DNA of 64,000 nt. Origin: Takakia lepidozioides. Lineage: Eukaryota > Plantae > Bryophyta. Both the position numbers and the translations under genes were made by a program. The stretch is taken from the NCBI GenBank assembly GCA_030704615.1, contig CM060733.1, forward strand, positions 1,240,001-1,304,000, written 5' to 3'. Below, in pieces: positions 23,874 through 38,330 of the stretch. Position 1 is the first letter of the stretch, and each line of letters starts with the position of its first letter. A model generated the notes under the pieces. The model had not been told where the DNA came from. It was given only the letters and a program-made list of their open reading frames with translations, and ran no database searches.

Positions 23874-25793
23874 AACGATTTTCATACCTGGAATACATGT
23901 ACCTTCTTCAAACGTGAGGAGGGAGTGATGACAGATTAAAACAATCAACGCCACGTCACACACCCAAATAACTACGAGATCACCCATGGTGACTTATCAT
24001 CCTGGGGTGGCAGAGGGATCATACCAGTCAAGCCTTTTCTTCTTTTTAAGGAACCAGTGTTTTCATTGACCGCAGCTACTTACCCATGTTGATGATCACA
24101 TGAATCCAACAGCAGCAGTGAAGTCCTGCAAAAGCTTATTCAACATATCGCAGGAAACAGACACCACCAAGAAAATCTCGTGGGAATTAGAAATTTCAAC
24201 ACCACGCAAGGCTCGAGTATGTAACTGAGTAACTGAGTAACTCTGGGTACTAACTTAGAGCTAGTTGCTCTGGACCGAGTATCTCCACACTAACGTTTCT
24301 ACTTAGCCACAAGAGTTCGAAAAGTGGTACACTGACTTTCTAAACTACAAAGCTACAACAACAAGATAAGTTTTGTAGTGATCTCATTAATACTCTATTG
24401 TGAGTTGTGGGGACGAGATTCACATTCGCCAATGAATAGCTAAAGACTCTTTTCACACTGAGGAAGTCAACCTCACGTTTGAATCGTCTCGTGAGAAAGG
24501 TCGTTATACTTTATTCTATTCCCGGCCAGAGCCCTCCAATCAACTAGCTTTTGCCGATCTGCTGCTGTGTACAACATGTTCGCCAGATCCAAAAGCACGC
24601 AGACCTATATCCCCTGGGCTTCAGACACATTATCCACTCAAAGTAGAGAATGTCACCCTCTTCAGAGCATCTTGGGAACGCCATCACATGCGTTGGGCGA
24701 CAAAGCAAGTGCACAGCGAGAAGCTTTGCATGCATGCGTTCGTCTCCCTGCAACCTTACGCGCACGAATCTCTACAGTGCACAACGCCGAGCGGGCTTGC
24801 GCTGTCCACCCTCCCCACCTCAAGCTGAGTGGGCACGGATCCACACGAGGACGACGACCTAAGAAGGCTAGATGCATATGTACAGTATCATTACCACCCC
24901 TGTCATCCAGCCCCTCGCAATGTGCCACGTGTGCGTCCTCGCCTCCACCGGTCGACACCGACACCGTACCACACCTCTGATTGCGGTACGGCCCCGAGGC
25001 TGGACCTCGAGGCGCGGATTTAGGTCTGGAAGGCAGGTCCGGGGAATGTACTGGCCGATCACGAGACCCGGGTGGGGCCCGGGGTTCCGACCGGCCAGGC
25101 GATCCACCCGAGGCCGCTTTGCCGCTACCCCTGAACTCTCCGATGTGGCGCACGGCTGATGGCAGCCGTTGGATCAGAAGGAGGGAGTAATTTCGTGAAA
25201 GAATTGTTATTTACTTAATGTTTGTATATTTCAAAAACAGCGGCCGCTTTATCCAGAACAATTTATTCCGGTGTGCGGGATTCCGGGCGATTTGAGCATG
25301 ACAAATGTAGACGGAATCCCGCGCTTCGCAGAGCCGGAATGGCATCTATGACAAAAGCATGCGTCAATAATACCATGGAGGATGGATGAATGAGGCATGG
25401 ATGTAGGTTTGAGCAGATGGATGGGGCGGGAGGGGCCGGGGAGGAGGGAGGAAGGGGATAGGGGGAGGGATGAACGGCGGCGATAGAGGCGAAGCTGAGG
25501 AGAGGAGGCATCGAGCGATCGGGGCGAGAGCGCGTGCTGCGACGGGAGAGAGGGAAGCCCGCGGGGCCAGGCATCTGTGCGTGAGAGACACAGACAAGTG
25601 GTCGGTTCAGTGAAGCACTTGGCTGAGAAATTCGTGGTTTGTTTTCCTTTGCAAGATTGTTGCCGGTAAGCCAAGCCCCTGTCTTTTGCACGCTGGGGTC
25701 TGGGTAAGGGACGGTGATAATACGGCTCGTCTTCTGCTGGCCTCATCATGTTTTTGACGCAGCCCCGTTCTTCTTGGCCTTGCAATAGGTCCA

Positions 25794-28430
25794 ATGGCGG
25801 AAGCTGGAAGTCCGGCCAGCCAAGATAGTCCCCACTCTGACAATCAGGGTGGTGATCATGGTGATCGCGATAATTCGAGTGTGCGAGAGCAGGATCGTTT
25901 CCTGCCAATTGCAAATATCAGCCGGATCATGAAGAAGGCGCTCCCGGCAAATGCCAAGATTGCGAAGGATGCTAAGGAGACTGTGCAGGAGTGTGTCTCA
26001 GAGTTCATCAGCTTCATAACCAGCGAGTATGCACACACCACAATTTTCGCTGCATTTCCAAAGTTGCAATGATCTCAAAATGTCCACCCGGCAAACTTGA
26101 GCATGATAGTTTTATAGTCGGTTGATATATTTTCGCTTGCAACGTCCATCCAGTCGTCTACTGCTTTGATAAGTCCCCTTTGGAAGTAGGTGACAGGCGA
26201 TGTAGAGTGGTGCATTTTTCTCCCCACTAGATCATCTGCACCAGTCGTGCGCAGCTCTCACAGTTTACTTTGACCAAATATCAGAGCTAGTGACAAGTGT
26301 CAGAGAGAGAAAAGGAAGACAATCAACGGAGACGATCTTCTATGGGCCATGAGCACCTTAGGGTTTGAAGACTATGTGGAGCCTTTGAAGTTGTACCTAC
26401 ACAAGTATCGAGAGGTGTGTTATCGTTTCCATGCATCTGGTATCGTCTGATTTTAGAAACGTCCTAGCGAGATGTAAAGGCCCCTTCCTTTCCATATAAC
26501 GCTGACCTCTTGTAAGAGGTAGATGTTACGGGCTCATGTTTTTGTGCCATCATGTACATGAGAGGGTCTTTCATCTGTATTTTGCTTCATCTATGTATGG
26601 GATGCCTAATTTTATTCCTGAAATATTCCAGTTCCAGCCTTTAGCAGCATGTTCAGTTGGAGGGTTGGAAAGGTTCTCTTGAATATTGAATAGCTGACAT
26701 TCTAAATGCTTTGTCTGTTGTGTCTATGTGACTCACCTGGACTTCCCTTCTCTAGACTGAGGTGAGTGCCAGCCATTCTGCAACATGACATATGTTTATG
26801 TTCAGGCCTTTATGTTTTGTTCCTCTTCATGGTGTCATGATATTAACTTGAATTTTGGATTTCTCTCAGTTGATGTGCTGCTTGAATTTAGTTGGCAGTA
26901 AAAGACCTTGTGTTTGGACCATCATGTCCCTTACAAGAAAATCTTTTTACAATAGAATTTTACTGCAACTCTACTTTTCGTAATGTTTGACGCTCACCAG
27001 TCTATTCCTTGGAATGTGTGGCTTACTGGGGACACATGTTGGTTATGTGTGGCTTTCTTCTAAACCTTTGGTACGTAGGGGGATAAGGGCTCGACACTGA
27101 ACAAAAGCGGGGGAGAACCGTCTTCTGGAAAAAAGGAAGGAGGTGGCATGGCAATGTCACCGGGTGCTCAGGTGACACTCATAACCTTAACAAACACATC
27201 GAGATGAATGGCAGGATGCATATGCTTGACACGTATCAACTTCGTTGGATTTTACATAATGCTCTTTTCAACGTTGATGGATCTGTTTGCTGGTGCAGAT
27301 GGGGCAGTCTGGCGCATACCATCAATATATGCAACAGCAGGTTTGCTGACTTGGATATGCCCCTTGTCAGTGGTTGTTTGTTGCAAATGCTAGTGGGCAA
27401 GACATAGCCAGTTCTTGACGCGCTCAATAGATGTACTACCTTGGTTAAATGGAAGCCACATCGGTCTCTTGAGCTCAGCTTGAAGAATATCAAGTCTCAC
27501 CCATTCTACTTAGAGTAGAGGAATAAGAGAAGAAGAGTTGAGGAATATGGGTACTCAATAGCTAGTGTGACCTTGCAGTATGGTGTGTTTAGTGTTTTTG
27601 CACAAGTGGCTGCCTATTATGGGGCTTGTGAGGAACATGCTGGCAGCAGAATGGTGATTGTCACCATGAATGTGATGGTTAGTCAGTGGCTGTAATTTGG
27701 TCCAAGGAGCAGTTGGTATATGTGGAGTGAGAACTTGGCATGGACTCCATAAGCACATTTGACGAATCATGCTGCATATGATAGACACAGATCCTGCGTC
27801 TTGTTGTAGTCTGGGCCTACACACTCTGTAGATACTTTCATGGGAGCTTTACACTTTGCTTGTGGTGGTGTACTGCTTGCAGATGATGGCCCCAGGCAAT
27901 TATCAGGTACCTCATTACTAGTATCACCAACTTCTGTTTCTGTCTCTGCCATACCTGGAGGTCCGTTCTCCAAGCCTTTTCTTTGGTAGCTGGTCGATGC
28001 TGATTTCCTAAATGCCTCGTGCAATATTCTGTACTGAGTAGAATTTTATGGAAAGCTTTCTTTAATTCAAATGTAGTGAGTGGCTGGTTCTTTCCATAAA
28101 CTACAGTACATTTGAGTACGTTTGAAGCTTTTAATTTGTGCGTAGGGAGTATTTTTGTATGTGAAATGACCATTAATTTGGATTACCTGGGCTTTATACC
28201 TGCAATGTTGCACAGTTGAGCAGAATGAATCACAGGAAATTTGCATCTCTGGGAGTGTTCTGCTCGATGTCTGCTATGTAATGATGTTACTGGACGCTTG
28301 CAAGCTTGGATTGTAATCCTAACTTCTCAACATAAGAAACTAAGTGACTGTTCTTTTTGGCTGTGTGATGTTTTTGGATTTACAGATGCAGCAACAGATG
28401 GTAGCAGCACCTGGACACCAACAATTGTAA
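25794..28430 (+). CDS. NF-YB: Nuclear factor Y subunit B (HAP3 histone-fold), 6 coding exons
   Basis: Exons 25794-26026 ([48 protein letters not shown]), 26285-26414 ([43 protein letters not shown]), 26756-26761 (TE), 27079-27171, 27299-27340 and 28386-28430 ([14 protein letters not shown]). All are GT-AG and in phase. Confidence 0.93.
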
Positions 28431-30465
28431 ATCTGTGTAAAGCATTCAAATGTAGCTCTAGAGCAGTTTCAGATCTAGTCAGATAAGTTGTAGAGGATCC
28501 CTTATTTCCAACAAATAAGAGGAACGGTTAGTTTTTTGTGAGGAGTAAGTAGGGTACATACAGGGGAGAGGCTGGCACTCTAAACCTTGTTCAGACCTCA
28601 AAATCTTACCTGTGTTGCTTTCACTTGAATTCTGTCTTCTACTAACCTTTGGAGAGACTTTTTGAGCTTTTGTGGTCCTCACCCCAGACAGCTCCGACCA
28701 TTGTGTCATGAATTTGTCGGCACTTTTTCACTATATTGCTGATGTCAACTGCGGAAACTGTACAATCTATGTAAGAGGAAGGAAGTCACCTTGTAGCTTA
28801 TTTCCTTGAACAAGTGGGTTTTTAATCTATGTACTTGGCTCGTTTGCAGCCAAGCTATTATCTCCACAGGGTAGTGAGGTAAAATTTCTGTAACTAATTT
28901 GTGGAAAGGCTGTGAAGTGAAATGTGTGGCACTGCTTCAGATACTTCAGCCTTGCTTGTATGTGAGCCACAGGGAAGAAGGGGGAGAAGGGAGGCTGCAG
29001 GAAGACATGCAGGAGTAGTCATTAAACTTCTCTTGCTAGCTTGGCAGAGAGAACTGAGAAGTTGTTGTTTTTTGAGTTGTTGTGCTCATTGCGGTTGTGT
29101 TTTCATGTTGTGAAATCATTTTCAAAAGTCTTTCCCAAGTTGTTCCAAGTATTAAATATGATCACCTGGGAGTATTTTTGGCCCCACTTGTTTCATTCAA
29201 AGGCACATGAGCAGCGTAGATCTCTGCAGCAACTTTGCAACAAGCTTCAGGTGCCATTATGTTGTACAATCTGCTTGGATTCTTAGCTGTCTTTAGCTTT
29301 GGCTACAGGGATTGATTAGAATGATATCAGTGGTTAGTGCATATTTGAGTAGGAGGTCCTGGTGCTGTAGGTGGAAGAGTAGTTGTGCAGCTTTTAATAT
29401 CAAAAGGTTACAGGTTCAAGCTGTAGGTGTTTGTAAGACTCAGCAGGCATGCTGAACAGAATGTAATTGACCTACTACTTGTAGTAAATGTGTGGTAATC
29501 TTGTGGCTTTTGAGGAGGTTGAGGAGAGACATTACCACAGACCTTGCTGCCTGTTTGTGTAGCTCAGAGTGCATATCTTTTCTGATTGTGTGGGTATGAT
29601 TGCAAATGAAGTCAGTTTCTTCAGTTCAATCTCCTTCAGTTGGGAATCTGTGTCATACACTTGAGAAAACCTGAAATGTTCACCCAGCGTACTAAATCGT
29701 CCCATCATTTGGAATGAAACCAGAAACTTGCGGTTTTACATCAGAGATGTGCTTTACGGACTCTCAGCGACATAATTATAAGGAAGCGGTCACGACATGT
29801 GAAGTGATGTATGGAGTGCGATCAATAAACACTGGCAGCTTGTGAAGAACCATCGGCTCCTATAGAACCGATCGACATCCTATACTCGACTCCCCCACTA
29901 TTCAGGCAAAAAGCAAGGCTCCACTTGCATGGCTGATGTGCTCTAGGTGCCCAAAAAACACATCACCATCTGGAAGTGTGACTTGTTCGCCATATTGTGA
30001 ATAAGGGCCCCAGGTTTGTGTCAGGTGTGAAGATTAGAGGGTGGTCCAGGAATTAAAAAGCGGGGGCATATAGTAAGTTATATAGCGATTTGAATAAATA
30101 TCTGTTGTTTAAGGGGTGAGCATCCCCACCGGTGTCCCAAAATGCCACGGCAAGGGTATTCGAGCCCCGGCCATGGTATCCGCACCCGCGGGCCCGTACT
30201 TTGGTGCAGGATACGGGGCCCTCGAGAGACTAAAAAGCACGCCTGCGTGCATTTATGGCGTGATGGTAAGGCAGCGTCTGCCAGGTGGTCCCTCCAGAGC
30301 AAGGCACGTCAGAAAAAATGACATGTGCAGGGTAGTTTGATGGGGTTGCCACTAGGGGAGGGGAGTGTTCGAGGCCGCTTGCCTTTACCATTGTAGTGTT
30401 GTTTAGTGTACCCCCGGTGGAGAAAGAAGATGATAGAAAGACGACAGATATTAAATGGCGGATGG

Positions 30466-30931
30466 CGCTCTTCTTACACCTGTCCGGCCAGGTTATGCCT
30501 TGACATCCTACTTGTTCACGGCCTACCCATCAATACCCAGCCGCCTACCTCCCCATCCATATCACCATCTATTTTATCAAATTCACATACTGCCATGATC
30601 GTTACCCCACCTCCTCCATTTTAGAAAAACGACAAAAGTATGCACCACTTATCCTTGCTCTCCGTCGTAAGGGCTGGAGCACCGGCCCCCTCTATGTTAT
30701 TACGGCCGGCACTCGAGGAGGTATCCACAATGCTAGCATAGCGGCACTACATGATAACTTCCATATCCCGATATCCCCTATCCACAAATGCTTGAAGTGC
30801 ATTTACCCTTCCTAGTGTCCATTGGACACCCGCATTACTTATAGGGCCCACCCCCGAAAGGGGCCAGTAGCCGCAAGGCGAAGTGGCTCTTAGTTACGCC
30901 GGCCTCGGCCGGAGTCTTCTCTCTCTCTCTT
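30466..30931 (+). mobile_element. 5'-truncated RLE-type non-LTR retrotransposon (Dualen/RandI-like), family B
   Basis: Frameshifted translation ARLCLDILLVHGLP...IYFIKFTYCHDR...KRQKYAPLILALRRKGW...ITAGTRGGIH fits a degenerate restriction-like endonuclease. Structured 3' end with (TC)n tail. TSD TGGCGGATGG (30456-30465) / TGGCAGATGG (30932-30941); the related host repeat near 35350 carries a single copy of that site. Confidence 0.75.
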
Positions 30932-31679
30932 TGGCAGATGGTTTGGGCGCCAATTTGGGTAGTTAGAGTAAAGGTGTCAAGTGGTGGGAGTAGGGGTGAT
31001 TAGGGTATGACATGTGTCGGGTCTAAGCGGCCTTCTAGAAGGCTCCACAACCGCTTGACGAGGTCGGGCCCACCGCCCTGAAAGGCTATATAAGGAAGGT
31101 GAATGCCCTCCTCTTTACTACTCTAGTATCTATAAGTAAGTACCTTACTTACTACTCATGGGTGGGTTCTATAGACACAGGGCCCCAAAAAAAAACGTAA
31201 ACATGATTCATAGATATATTAATTAATATGGACAGTAGAGTAAGCTGTAAGTCCCCCCAATACCTTACACGACGTGCTACTGCAAAGATTGAGACATAGC
31301 TCTTAACATGTTTGTCCCACGTGGGATAACCTCTATCGAGGCTGTTCCACTCTTGAAAGAAACAAATTTCTACAAGTCTTTCGTTTCCAAGGTATTGCTT
31401 AATTGATGAAGGTACCAAGTTTAGACAGCAACAGGGTACTTGTCTGTTTGGAAGACTCTGAGACAAACAAGCGTGGATCTCGGAGGTATTCAAACAACAC
31501 CTCAGTTGACAACGTCATCCTCACCATGTCCCCTTCACGCGCCACCTCGGCAAGTGTGCGGTGTTGCCCCGGCACAAATATCACCTAAATATACAAAGAT
31601 TTATGGCGACAACATCTAATACTGACCTTAGTAAGCTAATTAGTATAGAGCTAATGATCATTCAAGATTTTTTGTTTTT

Positions 31680-31877
31680 GGTTTTTTTTTTTTTTTTCCC
31701 ACGTAAACCAACCCCAGCAACTAGGCCTTGAGGGGGGAAATAAATCCACTTTTTGAGCTATGGAGGCATTACAGGGGCAGAGGCCCAGCCCAAAGACAGA
31801 GAGCCAGATGACAGGGGGTTTGAACCCCAGACCCACAGGCCAATACCCGAGTGGCTTACCACCGAGCCACAGCCCTC
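31680..31877 (-). mobile_element. tRNA-derived SINE with poly(A) tail
   Basis: Minus strand has A-box TGGCTCGGTGG and B-box GGTTCAAACCC, then a body and an A-rich tail (T-run on plus at ~31682-31697). Confidence 0.72.
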
Positions 31878-33339
31878 TTGTGTTTTTCTTTTCCTTTTGA
31901 AGTATGATTCACAATGGTATCTTTATTCGAGCAATTAATGTACATGTGAACTCAAGTTTGTGGGTGGATGTCTTGTTCATTGGACAATGTTTTGAAAATC
32001 AGAACTCGATGCAGGGGATCATCAGAATGACGGGGATCATAAAGCTAATTTTGGCAAGAGATATAGTGCTAGTTGGCATGAGCGCCACTATGGGGCACAT
32101 ACGCCATGAAGGGTGCCTCTACCTTTGTTGTTGCCGCATAAATATAAGCAGACAACCCAGTTGTAATGGGCACCTACCAGTGTTTCTCTCTTTCTTGTTC
32201 TTGTTTTCTTTTGTCCATTAACTTCTTCAAACTTTCTATGGATGTCATAAAGTACCATTTCATTTCTCTCCTCTTAGACAATAAGCTCAAGTGCTATAAA
32301 AAATGAAAACTACAAATCTAGACTTTTAAGTCAATTATATGGCGGTGTAGCATAAATTGGAAATCCTCCAACTGGAATTCTTCAAAAAGAAGTTGTGGAT
32401 CCCATACCCGAGTTGTTGCATGACCCAATCAAGCGGCTAGTCAAGTGGAAAGTATTGTTGTTAACATCATACCTAACAGCTGCATCATCAACATATACGA
32501 CAAAGGAGATTGCATCCCCGACACATCGATCACCACGACTTTAATTCTCTAGCCATTTTGCACAATTTCTCTTTTAAGTGAGTGCAAGATATTGTTTGGA
32601 TCTAAGCTCAACATTGTAGGTCCATGTGAGTTTGATGGGCTTCTTTCCATCCCTTTGCTGATTAGATCAGTGATAATACTAAAAGGGAACAGTGTCGATG
32701 GCACGCAGTATACTGTTCCAGCGGTGTCAACTAAAATGTACAAAGTGTGTTGTTTAATGTGTAATGTTGTGAGATTAAGAGCATAGAAGATTCTTAAAAG
32801 CTACATCCTTCGATTATTCTGTCAACTTTAACTTCACAGCTTTAGGCCAAATCATGTAAAACTAATATCTTGGAGTCATAGATAACAGATGGCGCCCTCT
32901 CCTACTTTGCATATTGTTCAGTGTAAGATGACCCCGCAAGTATGAGTACATTGCAGTGGTAAGCCAACTTTGATGGAGGCAGACGATTTCTTCGATTCAG
33001 CCTCTTTGGAAGAGACATATTTCCCTTAGTTTGATGATGTTCAACATAAGAAGTTTCGAGCATAACAATGGCAGACATGTTGCAATGGTGGCAGACGACT
33101 TCAGATTTTATTCCTATTATTTTACAAATAGAGGTGTACATTTTCCATGATTCAATTGATGGAAATACACACAATTTCTTTGCTAGATCAAGAGCCTCTT
33201 TCTTTATTGGCAGCTTACATGCACATAGCATTGACCATTAGGCAATTATTTGAGTAATTATAGTTGCTTTTAGACTGCTTGAGTCTGACTCCTTCTTTGT
33301 GGTTTTTTCTCTCTTTCTTGTTTCTTGTACTTTCCTTTT

Positions 33340-33402
33340 GTCCCATAAGCTCTTTGAGTTTCTCCAGATCTCGTCATAGGTTCCATTTCAATTCATTTCT
33401 TC
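33340..33402 (+). mobile_element. Short LINE-like 3' end with (CATTT)n tail (family C)
   Basis: GTCCCATAAGCTCTTTGAG...CCATTTCAATTCATTTC matches the reverse complement of 55861-55925. Confidence 0.55.
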
Positions 33403-35689
33403 TTCCTTAGTTATTTTCTTTATGGGGTGGGTACATTAAGGATCTCTTGAAAGGACATCGATTGCAATTGCACGTCGTCATCTATATAGACCTAAAATTC
33501 CCATTCTAAAAACTTGCAGGATACAACTAGATGTGGACAATTGTAGTCATAATTTTGCAATAGGTGTGTGAGACAACAATGGAGAAAACGACGTTGGCAC
33601 ATCATGAGTTTTTGCAAAAAAAAAACTGAAGTTGAAAAATAATGTCAATTTCCTTATGATTACTCGATTCTAAGACCTACATCTTGCTACTACCTCTATT
33701 GAAGTCATACCACTATATTACGCACTATATCTTAGTGTGTGAAGAACATTATAATTTATCAATATGACCAAAAGGACAGACTTCAAGTGGAGAGTAGGCT
33801 TGCAATATGCACGAGGAAGAAGGGGTAGCTTCTAAACGTCCTACCTTAGGCGTGGGGCCTAGCAAAGACTATCATCTCTTGGAATATTTTCACCCTTTGT
33901 TGGCACTTAATGAAGTAGTGCCAAATAATAGAGATATATTTTATAATATCTCTATATTTTATATGACAATATACTTCTCCATAGAAGTATTGTATCAATG
34001 TACCTTCACGATGGTACAAAAGGGAGAGAGAGGTACTCCGACCATGGCACCTTGTGGCCCCTTTCGGAGGTGGGTCCTATATTCACGATGGTAAGTATTT
34101 CTATTGGAGTAAGCAAGCGGATTGCATGCTACAACTCACCTCCATGACGCGGTATAGGAGGTGACAGTACTTGTGGAGGTGGTGGGTTGCAGAGTGGGAA
34201 ACAAGGTCATTACGATGTTGTCAAGGAAAATTCAAGGGAATCAACTACCTAACAACAGCTGCAGTTTTCATCACATAGATGCAATGCACTATGTCAAAGT
34301 TTGTTGCTTCCTAATGAAAGTTGAAACAACCACAAATGATGTGCTTCGCATTTTCTTCCAATATCAGTCCAAAACTAATCTTATCAATATTTTTGATAGT
34401 GACACGGCTCTGCGTGACCTTGTTGACTTTAATACTAGTTCTATGGGTGAATTATATTGCAATTATATTCCAATGCATTTTGGCACAATTAACACTTTTA
34501 ATGTATCTATCATGTGAAATATATAAAGTATGAGTGTGATTTTCTCTCAAACAATAGCTTTATGTTCTTCTTTCTTTCACGTGATTTTGATCCCATGCAT
34601 CCTGTTCCGATTTTTGAAACATTGTCAAGTCAAGTGAAGAAGACGTCAACCCGTTCCCACAAAAACTGAATGTGAAGGATAGACATAGGGTTCAACTTAA
34701 ATAAGCTCATTAACAAAATATTTGTAATCTCTATGATAAATGTAGTGATATTGATAAGGGCCCACCCCTGAAAAGGAGTAGTAGCCGCCATTTCCAAATA
34801 TGGTGGATGGATTGGTCGATAAAGCACAATTATCACCCTAAGGTTTATCCAAGCTGTTTTTGTAAGTACATTCATATCATGAAACTATCGGCTGCATGGA
34901 AGTAATTATAAATTCCACCTCTCATATTATAAGATGTCATTCTTACCAATAGAGCACATGCAAAAAATTTATAATATAAATTGATCTTTTAATGGATATA
35001 CGAGTTAAAATGGATAATATTGGATCTGTTTAAGCCTGGCCAGCTGTCTCTTAGGCGCTAGGCTTATTCAATTCTATTTATCAATATAGCTATGGTCCAT
35101 GATGTTTGCGTTTTTGTTTCTTTTTTGGGGGGGGGACTTGCCTGTGGCAGAGCCCACTAAAGTAGGTATGTAAGGCTAGTAATAGGGGTATAGTGTATTT
35201 GGGTGGTAGGTTGAGATTATCTTTCAAACCTTGGATATTATGGGTATGAGCACCGCCCTAGGTACTAACATAGTAAGTAGTACGAGGTAGGGAGAGCATA
35301 GCGCTCCTCCTTTATATAAGCCATCAAGCGGTTGTGGACCTAATTTGGTGCCTGAACCATCCTCCATTTAATATCTGTTGCCTTCATAAATTGTTTTTGG
35401 AGACCCCCTTACACAAGGGTTTTATTTATTTATTTAGTCCAACTCTTTTTTATTTTTTACCTCGTATTACAGGAAGGTGGACACCTTCATGACACACCAG
35501 ACGGTGGTTTGAACCCACAACCACATCCAACGTGGTATGTGCCCATTACCCAGGGGTTATTTCTTTAAATCCTTGTGTAGCTTACTATATACCCCCCCTT
35601 TGTAATTCCTGACCATCTTTTTTCTTTTTTCTTTTTTTGGAGAAAAGGAAACACCTGGGAGCGACAGCTCACAAATCAGGCCCCTTAAT

Positions 35690-35870
35690 AGTGAGAGGAG
35701 AAAATAACCTCTTTCACAGGAACCTCGCCATGAAGGCGTAGAAATGGGACACTGCCCAAGGGAAGGGGGAGAAGAGTTATACCACACCCGTCAAGTAGCA
35801 GGATTTGACCCCATAATCATCTGGGGTGGCACTCAGTGCACTAACCAACTGAGCTACTGACTGTTGGTGA
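35690..35870 (-). mobile_element. tRNA-derived SINE (family S1, second copy)
   Basis: Reverse complement TAGCTCAGTTGGTTAGTGCAC...GGGTCAAATCC...CTGTGAAAGAGGTTATTT aligns with 6246-6442. Confidence 0.7.
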
Positions 35871-37739
35871 CCATCTTCTAATGGATAGGGCTCACAAAAA
35901 CTTGGGGGGCTTCTTGGGCCCTCAACCTCATTGCTAAGAGGCTGTACAAAATTCAAATGCATTACCTATAGCACTACCTATAGTAAATTTGGAGAAATAT
36001 AGTAGTCAAGAGGGAAACTTATTTGGAATTTCTGGAAGAAAAGAAATTAAAACCCCCCAAAAAACTGAATAATGTAAGAACTTAATGCACATGTTCGTCA
36101 ATAGACAAAAATCAGGTATTGAAAGTTTAATTAAGCACTATCATCATCTATTAGCATTATCCTATTTATAATACATATATATGTGTACTATCACAACATA
36201 TAAATGAAACATTAAAAGAACAAAAAAAAATGTTCAACCTTGGTTGTTTTCCTTGAGGGGGAACCCCCCTTGAGGCCTTGAGCTAGATTTCCCATTAGAT
36301 GACCATTGACCCTTATTTGTATCATGCTCTTTTGAACTACATTTCTTCTTTTTGGGTGGTCCCTCTACGAAGTCCCCACTTTGCACCTCATGTTCTAAAC
36401 ACTTCACAGGTTTTTTCTTCTCCATAGGTAATAGTACTTCTTCTAGGTCCCCAGTGTCTTCCACATCATCCTCAACCTCACCACAGCCAGTTCTTGCCCC
36501 TGCAATAAAACGACCTTCAACAACTTCCCTTCATGTTTTATTTTTTTTTCCATTTCTGCCTAGGCACGGACGTGGCGATTTTTTTGGGGGTTAAGTGTAG
36601 AAGTGACTAGTACAATGTCCACGTGGATCCTACCCGGCTACATATATGCTATATATTGTGCAATAATATGGCAATTTCTTCATAACTTATATATATTCCC
36701 AGGCGACACATCTGAAAATGGAGGTAGAAATAGGTGGCAAAATTAGCCCATGCCCATGCCTGGACGGCCGTGACACGTGTAGGTGGTGAGATCTTGCAGG
36801 ATTCTGGTGCGATGGGGCGCCGACCCTTCCATTTAGGGCGCAATGGAACCCAGATCCCAGGCGAAAAGGGTTAGTTCCCTGGTGCTTTCTGGCATCACCT
36901 GGCTAGGGAACTGACACTTTCTCCTTCTTTTTTCTTCAAGGCCCTGTTTTAATTTGCATAGGGGTGTCGCGGGCCCATTTATTTTGGTGCTTTTAGTCTG
37001 AATATCGCCTTAAAAAGTAGGTCTGATGAGAAGGGAGATGATAGTTCACTTGCCTCATGGTTTTGGCAGAGATGCAGCCACCTAGGTGAGTGTTCGTTTT
37101 ACACTTGTGGAGAAGGGCTTGATGCAGAAGATCGTCCATGCCTGCGGAAAACATGGCCACCCAGAGATTGTGGTTAATGTAAGCTTGCAAGGAGTGCCCG
37201 CCTCGATGAACTCCATGCATGTGAAGCTTAACTTTGATACAGAGGGCAGGCTGAAACGAATACAAGCAAACTTACAATAAAACAATCAGAATTTCCCCTC
37301 AGCAGTGAGTCAACAGAGGACATAGTATCAGTCTGGCCAATGACAGATCTTGAAAAGAGAATAAATGAGCTGCCATACTACGTGGGCAAACCTCTATAAT
37401 CCCTAACACTCAAGACGGATTTAGCCGACAACAAAGGATTGAAGATCCCATTCAGACATGAGATCAGGGGGAGAAGTAATTAGAACTGAGGCAAAATAGA
37501 GATTGCAGGTCAGGTCCATCAGCCAGCAAAGGGCCTTCTGGTGTGGAAGCAGGAGGCAGTTGCTTAGCTAAATCATCAAACGATGAGTAAGGTTGAGAGG
37601 ACTTAGTCTCGCTGCGAGTAAAAGCATCCGAATTGGCATTATAAGATCCCCTTCTTGTAACAAATATCATACTTGAACATAAGTCAATGGCCACCGTGCA
37701 AGGCTGCCAGACAACTCATGAGGAGTTTTCAGAGTCTTC

Positions 37740-38330
37740 AAGGGGAGATGCTAAGTTTCAACAACAAAATGACATCATGCAAGTATTGCCTAAAGTGTTT
37801 AACCACAAAGATAACAACCAAGCCATCTTTAGTAGTGGTAATATGGTTATACTTATTCTTATCCAGTCACGAGAGACATATGCCACCACATGCTTCTTCC
37901 CCTCACGTTTTTTACACAAGATACCAAATCTGAGACATCATTCTATAAGATGAAAGACTATTTGATCCATAAAATGTCTATGTGAGTACTATGATAGTAT
38001 TTTCATATTACAATTGAGTGTATTAGTCTCACATTCCATATGAGTACTTTGAATACATACAAATACACATAGTCCCCAGGGTGGAAACGCCGAACACTTG
38101 GCCGATATCCCCCATCCACGTATAGTGGCGTACCTCAATGTGTCTCGGTGTTGGGCAATAGCAAGGTTCTCAAAAGCCATAGGCATGACTTTCTTGAACA
38201 ACTCTGCCCGCTGGGCACATGCTTGTGTCCACACATCCGGATCATCAAGGTTGAGAACAATTGCAACCTCCATGCGAATAGATGCAGGCAAATCCGGCTC
38301 TAGTCCATCAGCTTTCATACTAGTCGTTTT
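37740..38330 (-). mobile_element. Ty3/gypsy pol remnants (RNase H and integrase C-terminal region)
   Basis: VVAYVSR...GLVVIFVVKHFRQYLHD is RNase H-like (~37760-37900). RAELFKKVMPMAFENLAIAQHRDTLRYATIRG lies in ORF 37989-38318. Confidence 0.7.

Noticed and set aside
24544-25914. Multiple overlapping ORFs of 140-220 aa upstream of NF-YB
   Set aside because: GC-rich promoter and 5' UTR sequence poor in stop codons; low-complexity translations with no domains.
32300-34520. Fragmentary ORFs possibly from a DNA transposon
   Set aside because: Heavily interrupted, with no motif I could assign with confidence.
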